Assembly: GCA_027316975.1 (NCBI GenBank)
Contig: DAHVFL010000001.1
Location: 1-42,482, forward strand
Length of the DNA stretch: 42,482 bases
Source of the DNA: Chloroflexota bacterium
GTDB lineage: Bacteria > Chloroflexota > Ktedonobacteria > Ktedonobacterales > Ktedonobacteraceae
Direction of reading: 5' to 3'
Below the pieces are notes generated by a model. The model was given only the letters and a program-made list of their open reading frames with translations, had not been told where the DNA came from and ran no database searches. This document shows, one piece after another, positions 25,397 through 33,613 of this stretch. Numbering within the stretch: position 1 is the stretch's first letter; every line of letters begins with the position of its first letter. Made by a program: the position numbers and the translations under genes.

Positions 25397-25425
25397 AGGC
25401 CCATTACTGTTAAGAGAGGGTGCAT

Positions 25426-25629
25426 ATGCCACAGCCACAAGAAAAGCTGCTTACCGTTAAGCAGGTTGCCGATATAATGAGCGTGGATGAAAAGACTATC
25501 CGTAGCTGGATACAGAGGGGTGATTTAAGGGCGGTCAATATAGGTCGTCTACGTCCTGAATATCGTATCCGGCCTACCGACCTTGATGAATTTATCTCAC
25601 ACAGACAAACAGATCGATCTGATAATTAA
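25426..25629 (+). CDS. Small excisionase-family (MerR-like) helix-turn-helix DNA-binding protein
   Basis: [34 protein letters not shown]...[12 protein letters not shown] matches the Xis/AlpA-type HTH pattern. GTG 25420 is an alternative start. Confidence 0.7.
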   Translation: MPQPQEKLLTVKQVADIMSVDEKTIRSWIQRGDLRAVNIGRLRPEYRIRPTDLDEFISHRQTDRSDN

Positions 25630-25654
25630 TTATTTTGCTCAATCAAACTGTAAA

Positions 25655-25731
25655 AAGCTCTGCGGCTAACACCTGTCAAAGTTGTTGCACTTCTCTCTGC
25701 TTTATTTTAAGGGGTGTTAGCCGCAGAGCTT
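25655..25731. repeat. Terminal hairpin of the insertion (19-bp perfect stem, 39-nt loop)
   Basis: AAGCTCTGCGGCTAACACC (25655-25673) pairs with GGTGTTAGCCGCAGAGCTT (25713-25731). The right arm ends 2-5 nt before esterase coding sequence resumes. Confidence 0.85.
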
Positions 25732-25733
25732 CT

Positions 25734-26432
25734 TATTTCTTTCATGGAGGTGGTTGGGTGATCTGTAATCTCGACACCCACGATGGTCTTTGCCGCAGCC
25801 TGGCGAACGGAACACATTGTATCGTCGTATCGGTAGACTACCGGCTCGCGCCCGAACACAAATTTCCTGCCGCGCCCGAAGATTGCTACGCCGCGACTTC
25901 GTGGGTAGCCGAAAACGCACCTCGGTTCAACGGCGACCCCGCACGCATAGCTGTTGGCGGGGATAGCGCGGGCGGCAATCTCGCAGCCGTTATCTCACGG
26001 ATGGCGCGCGATAAGGGAGGCCCGGCGTTGAGCTTTCAGCTACTCATCTATCCCGCCACCGTCTTTACCATAAGATACCCTTCCGTGGAAGAAAATGGCG
26101 AAGGCTATGGCTTGACCGAGCAGGATATGACCTGGTTCACGAACCATTACTTGAATAACGCGGAAGAGAAGCAGAACCCTCTCGCGTCCCCGCTGCTGGC
26201 CGCTGATCTGAGTAGATTACCTCCCGCGCTCGCCATTACCGCCGAGTACGACCCGCTCAGAGACGAAGGCGAGATGTACGGTCAGAAACTGAAAGATGCT
26301 GGCGTACCCGTCACCATCACCCGCTACGATGGTATGACGCACGGCTTTGTAGGTATGCCCTACGATAAGGGCAGGCAAGCGATTGCCGAATCCTGCGTCG
26401 CGCTGCGAGCAGCTTTTGCTCTCAAAACGTGA
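25734..26432 (+). pseudogene. 3' part of the split HSL-family esterase gene
   Basis: [17 protein letters not shown] (oxyanion HGGG), [13 protein letters not shown] (nucleophile elbow GDSAG), and a late DPLRDEG...HGF (Asp/His of the triad). The upstream part of ORF 25635 is element sequence. Confidence 0.8.
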
Positions 26433-26516
26433 TTAGCACTACTCGTACCGCAGCACATCCAGCAGCGGCCTGCGCAAGGGTACGCCCCCTTATCATGCCG
26501 CTTTGCATTATCATAG

Positions 26517-26604
26517 TATGGTAGGGGCGCACCCTTGCGGTCGCCCTGGCATTTCACCCTCTTGCGGTCGCCCCGGCACTTCACCCTCTCGCGGTCGCCT
26601 CCCA
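26517..26604. repeat. GGTCGCC-type element followed by about three degenerate ~28-bp tandem units
   Basis: TATGGTAGGGGCGCACCCTTGCGGTCGCCCTGGCA, then TTCACCCTCTTGCGGTCGCCCCGGCAC and TTCACCCTCTCGCGGTCGCCTCCC. Confidence 0.85.
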
Positions 26605-26612
26605 GTTTATTC

Positions 26613-27356
26613 TCAAAACCACCCACCCACCACTTCTGAATACAACGTACTTGTTATGCGCGCCGATTTACGCATTCGCTCCGCCAGTTCCAGCACAACT
26701 TCCCGCCGCTCTGGCGTCACATGTGTCACCAGTACATACGCGCTAGCCGTCCCCGGAATACCCTTCAACGCCCCCTGCTCGCTCGTCATCAATTGCGCAA
26801 TCACGTCAGGCGTCAACGTATCGCCCACATGAATGCCTGTTACCGCGGCGATGCGTTCTGGCCGGTGCGCAATCTCCTCGCTCAATAGCCGCATGATGGC
26901 TTCCGCGCTCATAAGCAGCAGCGCAACGTTCGTTTCAAGCGGCGCCACCGGCTCATAGTCAGCCGGAGCTTTAATCATGCGGTGACGCGCGCCATCAGCC
27001 TCGATAATCACAGCATCTGCCCCGCCTTCTTGCATCAGCAACGAAGGGATATCGGGTTGAATACTCATCAATTTCCCGCGATTATCTCTACCGGTTGCCA
27101 CCGTAATGCGACGGTGATGCGCCCACGCTGCTCTTACCTTGTTCAGCAACATGCGTGTATCAACTTCAAGAATCAACTTCTCGGTCTCATCAGAACTGGG
27201 CGTGAAAATTTGTGTAGTAGTGGCGGTGATGACGCGCTTTCCCCTTTGTGCCAGTTCGCGGGCCAGCGTGTACATCGTGGTGGTTTTGCCGCCTGCTCCA
27301 ACAATGGAAATAAGCGGTTGTTCCGGCAAATCTATCAGGTCAGAAAGCAATGGCAT
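26613..27356 (-). CDS. yqeC: YqeC-like accessory protein of selenium-dependent molybdenum hydroxylases
   Basis: N-terminal P-loop context ISIVGAGGKTTTMYTLA, TTTTQIF, and a 247-aa size, typical of YqeC family proteins. Confidence 0.7.
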   Translation of the reverse strand: MPLLSDLIDLPEQPLISIVGAGGKTTTMYTLARELAQRGKRVITATTTQIFTPSSDETEKLILEVDTRMLLNKVRAAWAHHRRITVATGRDNRGKLMSIQPDIPSLLMQEGGADAVIIEADGARHRMIKAPADYEPVAPLETNVALLLMSAEAIMRLLSEEIAHRPERIAAVTGIHVGDTLTPDVIAQLMTSEQGALKGIPGTASAYVLVTHVTPERREVVLELAERMRKSARITSTLYSEVVGGWF

Positions 27357-27538
27357 GAATACTCCAATTTTGACAAAGATTGATATTTCTACTATATACC
27401 ATAAATGCGTCTCATTCGGCGGACCTCTAACTTGCGCCAGTTAGCATAAAGTACCAGCCTTTCAACCGGAGTTTGTCAAATGGCGGCAAATCCAGTAAAG
27501 TAGGGGCATCACGAGCGAAGAAGATTGGAGAGAGTCGC

Positions 27539-28516
27539 ATGCAACAATTGGAAAAAGATACCCACCCTATTATTGCTGACTACGATGCTGATAACTATGA
27601 CTATCGTTCCCATTGGGACAACAGAGCTTACGAACAGTGGGCCGAATCTTATGCATTCAAACGTCTCCTTACTGGTATTGGAAAGGCGCAGTGGCTTATC
27701 GATTTTGGAGGCGGGTTTGGGCGCAACACCATTCACTACAAACGGCGCGCCGAACACTGTGTCATCGTTGACTATTCTATCAGAAATCTCCAACTCGCCG
27801 CCTCAACCTATGGGCCAGAGATCGAAAGTGGTCACATCTTCCTTATTCGTGCCGACCTCTACCACTTACCATTTATCGATAGCGCATTTGATGTCGGGCT
27901 TATCATCCGGGTTCTCCACCACCTCACTGAGGTAGAGAGCGCAATCAAAGAAATGGGACGTGTCGTGGGTCATGATTGGCTTCTCGATGTTCCTATTAAG
28001 CATCACGTTTTTGCGCCTATACGTGGACTCATGCATGGAGAAGCGGGCAAACTCTCCAACTGGGAACCCAGAAAGGTGGAAAATGGCGATACGCCTTTCG
28101 TGAGCTTTCACCTGGCAATGATAAGAAAACTTCTAACTGACTACGGATGGGATAGCAAAGTTATTGCAAGCGTCAACAACTTCCGGCGCTGGGATCAAGT
28201 CCTGCCTGCATGGGTTGTGACTATCCTACGGCCTCTGGTCTATGGCCTTGAGAAAGGTACGCAAAGGGTGGGCAAGGGATGGTGGGGGCCAGATCAATTT
28301 GTCCACGCAACGCGCAAAACGCCCATTCTACCGCAAGCCTCTGCAATGGTACTACCACCGGAACCCGAGGGCATGCCAATTGCAGCGCTGGCGACGAAGG
28401 TGATCTGCCCGATCTGTCAAATACCGCTGCAATGGTCAAGTGATGCAGCACGGTGCCAAAACTGCTCCCGTGAATACGTACGCACAGGGTTGGTCTGGGA
28501 TTTTGTTCCAAACTAA
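27539..28516 (+). CDS. Class I SAM-dependent methyltransferase with C-terminal Trm112-like zinc ribbon
   Basis: Motif I is LIDFGGGFGRNT. The tail is CPICQIPLQW...CQNCSREY. The ATG at 27539 follows a GGAGAG SD. The ORF is open from TTG 27473. Confidence 0.7.
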   Translation: MQQLEKDTHPIIADYDADNYDYRSHWDNRAYEQWAESYAFKRLLTGIGKAQWLIDFGGGFGRNTIHYKRRAEHCVIVDYSIRNLQLAASTYGPEIESGHIFLIRADLYHLPFIDSAFDVGLIIRVLHHLTEVESAIKEMGRVVGHDWLLDVPIKHHVFAPIRGLMHGEAGKLSNWEPRKVENGDTPFVSFHLAMIRKLLTDYGWDSKVIASVNNFRRWDQVLPAWVVTILRPLVYGLEKGTQRVGKGWWGPDQFVHATRKTPILPQASAMVLPPEPEGMPIAALATKVICPICQIPLQWSSDAARCQNCSREYVRTGLVWDFVPN

Positions 28517-28577
28517 GGCATAGAATCTGATACTACATAGCTGGATTGACACGAACGCAACGAAACCAGAAGACAAA

Positions 28578-28601
28578 CGTAGCGCCCGCGCGGGCGCTAC
28601 G
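28578..28601. terminator. GC-rich 24-nt perfect palindrome between convergent genes (bidirectional terminator candidate)
   Basis: CGTAGCGCCCGCGCGGGCGCTACG. Confidence 0.55.
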
Positions 28602-28625
28602 CCATACATCAGTCTCAACAAGCGG

Positions 28626-30122
28626 CTATTCGGCATCGCCAAAGATGGTATAGTGCCAGCCCTTACGATTCTCATTGGTCAGTTCGACCAGCACATGCTT
28701 GATCTGTGTGTACTCGTCGAACGAATACATCGACATATCCTTGCCAAAGCCGCTCTCTTTGAAACCGCCATGCGGCATCTCAGAAGTGAGCGGCAGGTGA
28801 TCGTTGACCCATACGGTTCCGAACTGCAAAACGCTGGCGGCGCGCATAGCCTTGAAGATGTCAGTGGTCCAGACCGAAGCCGCCAGTCCATACACAACAT
28901 CGTTGGCTTTCTGCAACACTTCCTCTTCGGTGCTGAAACGGCAAACCACCATCACGGGACCAAAGACCTCGTTCTGCACGATATCGGCATCGTTGCGGTC
29001 TTGCGCGATCACCGTTGGCTCGAAGAAGAAGCCTTTCTCCAACCCGGCCACATGCGCGCGCCGCCCGCCGGTGACGATATTCGCGCCGTCGCGCAGCGCG
29101 CGTTCCACAAAACCTTCGACGGTGGCGCGCTGGTTGGCGGAGATCAACGGCCCCATATCGGTGCTTTCATTGGCCGGATTGCCGACGCGCACCTGCTTGA
29201 CCTTGCTGAGGAAGGATTGCATGAACTGGTCGTAAACACCGTCCTGCACATAGATGCGCGTCGCCGCCGTGCAGTCCTGGCCGCAATTGACATAGCCGCC
29301 CACTACCGCGCCATTGGCGGCAGCCTCGATATTGGCATCTTCATAAACGATGAACGGCGCTTTGCCGCCCAGTTCGAGATGCGCGTGCTTGAGCGTTTCC
29401 GCCGCCGCCCGCATAACATGCTTACCGCTCTCGGTGCTGCCCGTCACGGAAACCATGTTGACCTGCCTGTGGCTCGACAAAGCCTGCGCCACACCGGGGC
29501 CGCTGGTCAAGATATTGAGTACTCCAGCAGGTATGCCAGCCTCCAACGCAATTTCGCCAAGCTTGAGTGTGGTCAGAGGCGTCTCGACCGAAGGTTTGAG
29601 CACAACGGTGTTGCCAGCCGCCAGGGCCGGCCCGATCTTCCAGGCCGCCATCATGAACGGGTAGTTCCAGGGGGCCAGCGATGCAACCACGCCGAGCGGC
29701 TCGCGGCGAATGATGCTGGTATGCCCGCCGGTATACTCGCTCGACGCCGCGCCAGCCAGGTGGCGAGCCGCGCCCGCGAAGTAATGGAAATTGTCGATTG
29801 CAAAGGGAATGTCGCTATCACGCGACAGCTTGATGGGCTTGCCTGTATCCTGCGACTCCAGTTCGGCCAGTTCAGAAGCGTGTGCCTCGATAGCCATCGT
29901 GAACTTTTCCAGCATCGCCGCTCGCGTGCCGTGTGCCAGCTTCGACCAGCGACCATCATCAAAAGCCTCGCGCGCCGCAGCTACCGCGCGCTCAACATCT
30001 TCTACCGAGCTTACAGGCACCTCGGCAATCGGTGAACCCGAAGCCGGGCCAATATCCTCGGCCTTTTTGCCCGCACTACTATCAACGAGTTCGCCATTAA
30101 TTAACAGTTTGTACTCAGCCAC
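28626..30122 (-). CDS. NAD(P)-dependent aldehyde dehydrogenase, aminobutyraldehyde-dehydrogenase-like
   Basis: ELGGKAP and catalytic Cys context NCGQDCTAATRIYV. GTG start at 30122 with an AAAGGAG SD (MAEYKLLINGELV...). The longer ORF start at 30191 lacks support. Confidence 0.85.
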   Translation of the reverse strand: MAEYKLLINGELVDSSAGKKAEDIGPASGSPIAEVPVSSVEDVERAVAAAREAFDDGRWSKLAHGTRAAMLEKFTMAIEAHASELAELESQDTGKPIKLSRDSDIPFAIDNFHYFAGAARHLAGAASSEYTGGHTSIIRREPLGVVASLAPWNYPFMMAAWKIGPALAAGNTVVLKPSVETPLTTLKLGEIALEAGIPAGVLNILTSGPGVAQALSSHRQVNMVSVTGSTESGKHVMRAAAETLKHAHLELGGKAPFIVYEDANIEAAANGAVVGGYVNCGQDCTAATRIYVQDGVYDQFMQSFLSKVKQVRVGNPANESTDMGPLISANQRATVEGFVERALRDGANIVTGGRRAHVAGLEKGFFFEPTVIAQDRNDADIVQNEVFGPVMVVCRFSTEEEVLQKANDVVYGLAASVWTTDIFKAMRAASVLQFGTVWVNDHLPLTSEMPHGGFKESGFGKDMSMYSFDEYTQIKHVLVELTNENRKGWHYTIFGDAE

Positions 30123-30360
30123 CTCAGTAGCTCCTTTCGCATATGCGAAATAACGGGACGTTCCAATTGGTCCCTTACACGAAAAACGCACTCATTTGGA
30201 TGGTAGTAAACGATATTCGCAGCCATTAGACACATTCATTACGAATTTTATGAATGTGTTCGCTAATCATTATGCTAGCATTTTATCACAGGCATGAGTT
30301 AAGTTCATAGGGCAATATATCTGTGTTCTCTACCCTGATTGTGTAGAGACGGATTATCCC

Positions 30361-30422
30361 TTGACTAATGGACAAATGTCCATTATACTGAACATCATAA
30401 TAATGGACAAATGTCCATTATA
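30361..30422 (+). promoter_or_regulatory. Consensus-like promoter with two identical 22-bp operator repeats
   Basis: TTGACT, a 17-nt spacer, then TATACT (30361-30389). TAATGGACAAATGTCCATTATA occurs at 30366-30387 and again at 30401-30422, and each copy contains the palindrome ATGGACAAATGTCCAT. The site lies between the divergent ALDH and regulator genes. Confidence 0.7.
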
Positions 30423-30443
30423 CCAAACACTTCGGAGATGGAT

Positions 30444-31019
30444 ATGGTCTCTTTGCATATTACAACCAACCTTCTTGCGCAATCTGTACGAGCGCATCGG
30501 GAGAGTAGAGGATTTTCATTGGGAACCCTTGCCGAACAGGCTGGTATCTCGAAAACGAGCCTCTCCAAGATTGAATCCGGACAGGGAAATCCTTCTCTTG
30601 ATATCTTGTGTCGCATTGCCAGCGCATTGAACGTCCCCGTTGGCACATTGTTCGGCGCGGAAAGTCGTCCTCAGTTACATGTCATCCGCCGCGACGAGGG
30701 ACAGATCATCACCTCCGAGTCTGGTTTATCCATCCGGCCAATCCTTACCGAGGGTCGCCATCACCGCACGGAAATCTATGAGATGCTTTTGCCAGCACAG
30801 ATAGCGTACCATTCCCTCGCTCATATCTCTGGCACGCAGGAATTTATCATCTGTATTGAAGGAGATATCTTCCTGGGACCAGAAGGACAGGAAGTACGTC
30901 TCCAACCGGGAGACGCCGTCTGGTTCTCTGCCGATCTTCCCCACTCCTATACCTCGACTAGTGGCGCAAGAGCATTCCTGGTTATGAAATACCCTCCTGC
31001 TCAAGGTGTCTTGCCATGA
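30444..31019 (+). CDS. XRE-family HTH plus cupin transcriptional regulator (PuuR-like architecture)
   Basis: The HTH is FSLGTLAEQAGISKTSLSKIESGQGNPSLDIL. The C-terminal cupin is GDAVWFSADLPHSY. The ATG at 30444 lies 6 nt after GGAG. Earlier ATGs overlap the second operator. Confidence 0.8.
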   Translation: MVSLHITTNLLAQSVRAHRESRGFSLGTLAEQAGISKTSLSKIESGQGNPSLDILCRIASALNVPVGTLFGAESRPQLHVIRRDEGQIITSESGLSIRPILTEGRHHRTEIYEMLLPAQIAYHSLAHISGTQEFIICIEGDIFLGPEGQEVRLQPGDAVWFSADLPHSYTSTSGARAFLVMKYPPAQGVLP

Positions 31020-31094
31020 GGTTTTTGTCTTACATTCAACATCCCGGGCGAGTATGCTTTGTTGTGTAGTTCCTCTAGCTGAAAGGAAACGAGC

Positions 31095-32402
31095 ATGTCA
31101 GACAAACGCGAAGACTTTCTGATCCGGTATGCGCATGATTTTGCCCCTTTCATCGTGGCGCGGGCATCTGGATCGTGGGTCGAGACAACGGAAGGTCAAC
31201 GCATCCTCGACTTCACCTCTGGTCAAATCTGCTCAACCATTGGGCACAATCACCCGCGACTTGTTGCAGCCGTACAGCAATCACTGGAGGATGTGATTCA
31301 TCTCAATTCCTGGATACTATCTGAACCTGTACTGGCGCTTGCTGAAAGGCTTGTTGGACTTGCCGCGTCATCCCTCGATAAGGTGATCCTTGTCAATACA
31401 GGGGGGGAGGCAAACGAAGTCGCTTTACGCCTCGCCAAAATGCATACAGGACGTTTCGAGATTGTGGGGCTAACTCGCAGTTGGCACGGCTTACAGGCTG
31501 GAGTCGCATCACTCAACCTGGCGGGAGGACATGCAGGGTATGGACCGATGATGCCTGGGACGCTTACGCTTCCAGCCCCGTATGCCTATCGATGCCCCAT
31601 TCGCCACTGCAACGGTACCTGTGACTGCTCGTGTTTAGAAGCTGGTTTTGATGTGATTGACCAACAATCAGTGAGATCCCTGTGCGCTGTGATTGCTGAG
31701 CCTGTGCTTTCGGCGGGCGGAATCATTGTTCCCCCACCCGATTACTTCCAACGCTTACGCGCTCTATGCGATGATCGTGAAATGCTCTTGATTATAGATG
31801 AAGCTCAGACCGGCTTTGGCCGGCTCGGAACCATGTTTGGGTTCGAGTTGTATGGGATTGAACCTGATATTTTATCTGTGTCCAAGACCCTGGGCGGCGG
31901 TATTCCTATCGCTGCCACTCTTACTACTTCAGCCATTGAGGCAGATTGTTACAACAAAGGCTTTGTACACGTCACTTCCCATGTCTCAGACCCGCTTCCA
32001 GCCTCTGCCGGGCTGGCTGTCATTGAAGTCATTGAAGAAGAGCATCTTGTCGAGCAAGCAAAGCAGCGTGGAAAGTACCTGTTGGCACGTTTGCTGGAAC
32101 TTCAGCAGCGCCATGAGCAGATTGGCGACGTGCGAGGAAAAGGGTTGCTTGTAGGGATAGAACTGGTAGAAGATCGTGTAAAGAAAACTCCTGCCGACAC
32201 ATTGGCGATAGCCGTAAGTGACGAATGCATTAGACGTGGATTATCTATGAACATTGTTCGTTCCGTCGGTGGCATGCTCAACTGTTTCCGTATGGCGCCA
32301 CCATTGTCAGTTACGGAAGGGGAGATCGATATAGCCATAGAAATCATCGATGATGCGCTGACGACTGTTCTTGCTTCGCACCTATCTCGTTCCCAGTTCT
32401 AG
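31095..32402 (+). CDS. Class-III (omega) aminotransferase
   Basis: DEAQTGFGRLG and the PLP-lysine context SVSKTLGGG. 435 aa. Confidence 0.85.
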   Translation: MSDKREDFLIRYAHDFAPFIVARASGSWVETTEGQRILDFTSGQICSTIGHNHPRLVAAVQQSLEDVIHLNSWILSEPVLALAERLVGLAASSLDKVILVNTGGEANEVALRLAKMHTGRFEIVGLTRSWHGLQAGVASLNLAGGHAGYGPMMPGTLTLPAPYAYRCPIRHCNGTCDCSCLEAGFDVIDQQSVRSLCAVIAEPVLSAGGIIVPPPDYFQRLRALCDDREMLLIIDEAQTGFGRLGTMFGFELYGIEPDILSVSKTLGGGIPIAATLTTSAIEADCYNKGFVHVTSHVSDPLPASAGLAVIEVIEEEHLVEQAKQRGKYLLARLLELQQRHEQIGDVRGKGLLVGIELVEDRVKKTPADTLAIAVSDECIRRGLSMNIVRSVGGMLNCFRMAPPLSVTEGEIDIAIEIIDDALTTVLASHLSRSQF

Positions 32403-32419
32403 AGAAAAAAGCTACATTC

Positions 32420-33589
32420 CTACGACACAGCCAACGTGCGCGTCTCTGTTACGTGCATGTCATACTTTGCCAGTTCGCGGAAGAACGGCTCGACAGGCAC
32501 GCATAGCTCAGGGCCGAGCGCGCCGCGCCGCGTAATCTCGCCATTCGCCAGCATCCGCCCCGCGATAGCCAGGGGAACGCCCGTATCGAGCGCGCCCGCG
32601 CCCACATTCCAGCGGCGATAGGGCAACACAACCACCTGGTTCGTAATCTCAACCTGCTGGCCTCCCGCTGTGCCGCTCGTGACCACACGTAACACATCGC
32701 AATCCTGCGGTTCCACATCTTCAACGGGTGCCATCTCGAGCAATTTTGCCAGCATCTCTCGCGGCGAAACCTTGACGCCGCGCACCGTAATTGGCTCATC
32801 ACTGCCAAAACCCAGGGTAACCAGAAAGGTGAGTTTCGTCATAAAATCGGTCGGAAAGGCAATCTTGAATGTGACAGAGCGTATACCCTTGTCTTGAAAA
32901 GAAACGGGGAAGGTTGCGCACTCCGAATGCAGCGAATACATAGCGGTGGCGCGACCAACAGGCAGGGGAAAAATCATCTCCTCCTGCCCGCTCAAGGGCT
33001 GCTGTGGATACCATTCGCCATCCTTGTAGACCTGCGGCTGTTTTGTGAACTCGTCAAGAATAGTGCGAATGGAGTAGGGCGCGACCAGGGGAGCCGTTGA
33101 AGGCGTGGAGTCGCTGCATCCCAATTCCACCTTCATACTCTCAACGCGGTCGAGCTTATCGGCAGCCGCGCGCGCCAGGATATTCGTAATGCCAGGAGTG
33201 CCGCCCATCCCCATAATAGCGGTGATGCCCGCCGCTTCAACCCCGGCGTGCAAAGACATCAGCCTGCGCGTCATGTGGAAGAGGCCACCGAGGTCAGCAT
33301 AATGCGCCTTCTCCCGAATACACGCCTGGAGAATAGACAGATTGAACGTATAATCTACTGCGCTCAACACGACATCCGCGCCGCGTATCAACTGGCACAA
33401 CCGCTCTTCATTGGTAACATCGATCTGACGCGCCTGCACTTTGCCGCTATTGAGCGAGGCTGCCAGTTCTTGCGCCCGCGCCTCGTTATAATCAGCGATT
33501 GTCACCAGGTCGATGTCGTCGTATTCACATAAAGCGCGCACCGTCACGCGCCCCATCGCTCCCGCGCCGCCAGCTACCACGATATGCAT
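32420..33589 (-). CDS. Saccharopine-dehydrogenase-family NAD(P)-binding oxidoreductase
   Basis: Rossmann N-terminus MHIVVAGGAGAMGRV. The length and layout are typical of the saccharopine/carboxynorspermidine dehydrogenase family. Substrate unknown. Confidence 0.65.
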   Translation of the reverse strand: MHIVVAGGAGAMGRVTVRALCEYDDIDLVTIADYNEARAQELAASLNSGKVQARQIDVTNEERLCQLIRGADVVLSAVDYTFNLSILQACIREKAHYADLGGLFHMTRRLMSLHAGVEAAGITAIMGMGGTPGITNILARAAADKLDRVESMKVELGCSDSTPSTAPLVAPYSIRTILDEFTKQPQVYKDGEWYPQQPLSGQEEMIFPLPVGRATAMYSLHSECATFPVSFQDKGIRSVTFKIAFPTDFMTKLTFLVTLGFGSDEPITVRGVKVSPREMLAKLLEMAPVEDVEPQDCDVLRVVTSGTAGGQQVEITNQVVVLPYRRWNVGAGALDTGVPLAIAGRMLANGEITRRGALGPELCVPVEPFFRELAKYDMHVTETRTLAVS

Positions 33590-33613
33590 AGAGTTACCTC
33601 CTCGCTTCGCTTG

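Larger units (their letters stand above)
21892..25733 (-). mobile_element. ~3.8 kb insertion splitting the esterase gene; carries tnpB, a sigma-70-like gene, a small ORF and a Xis-type HTH gene
   Basis: The two esterase halves flank it. Deleting 21892-25735 (the element plus one of two flanking TA dinucleotides) fuses the halves in frame as ...[13 protein letters not shown].... Boundaries are approximate to within tens of nt, because roughly 10 residues normally found between the RIY strand and HGGG are not accounted for. Confidence 0.7.

Noticed and set aside
28653-30035. 460-aa plus-strand ORF
   Set aside because: It is antisense to the aldehyde dehydrogenase gene, which has clear catalytic motifs. 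This is a typical GC-rich shadow frame.
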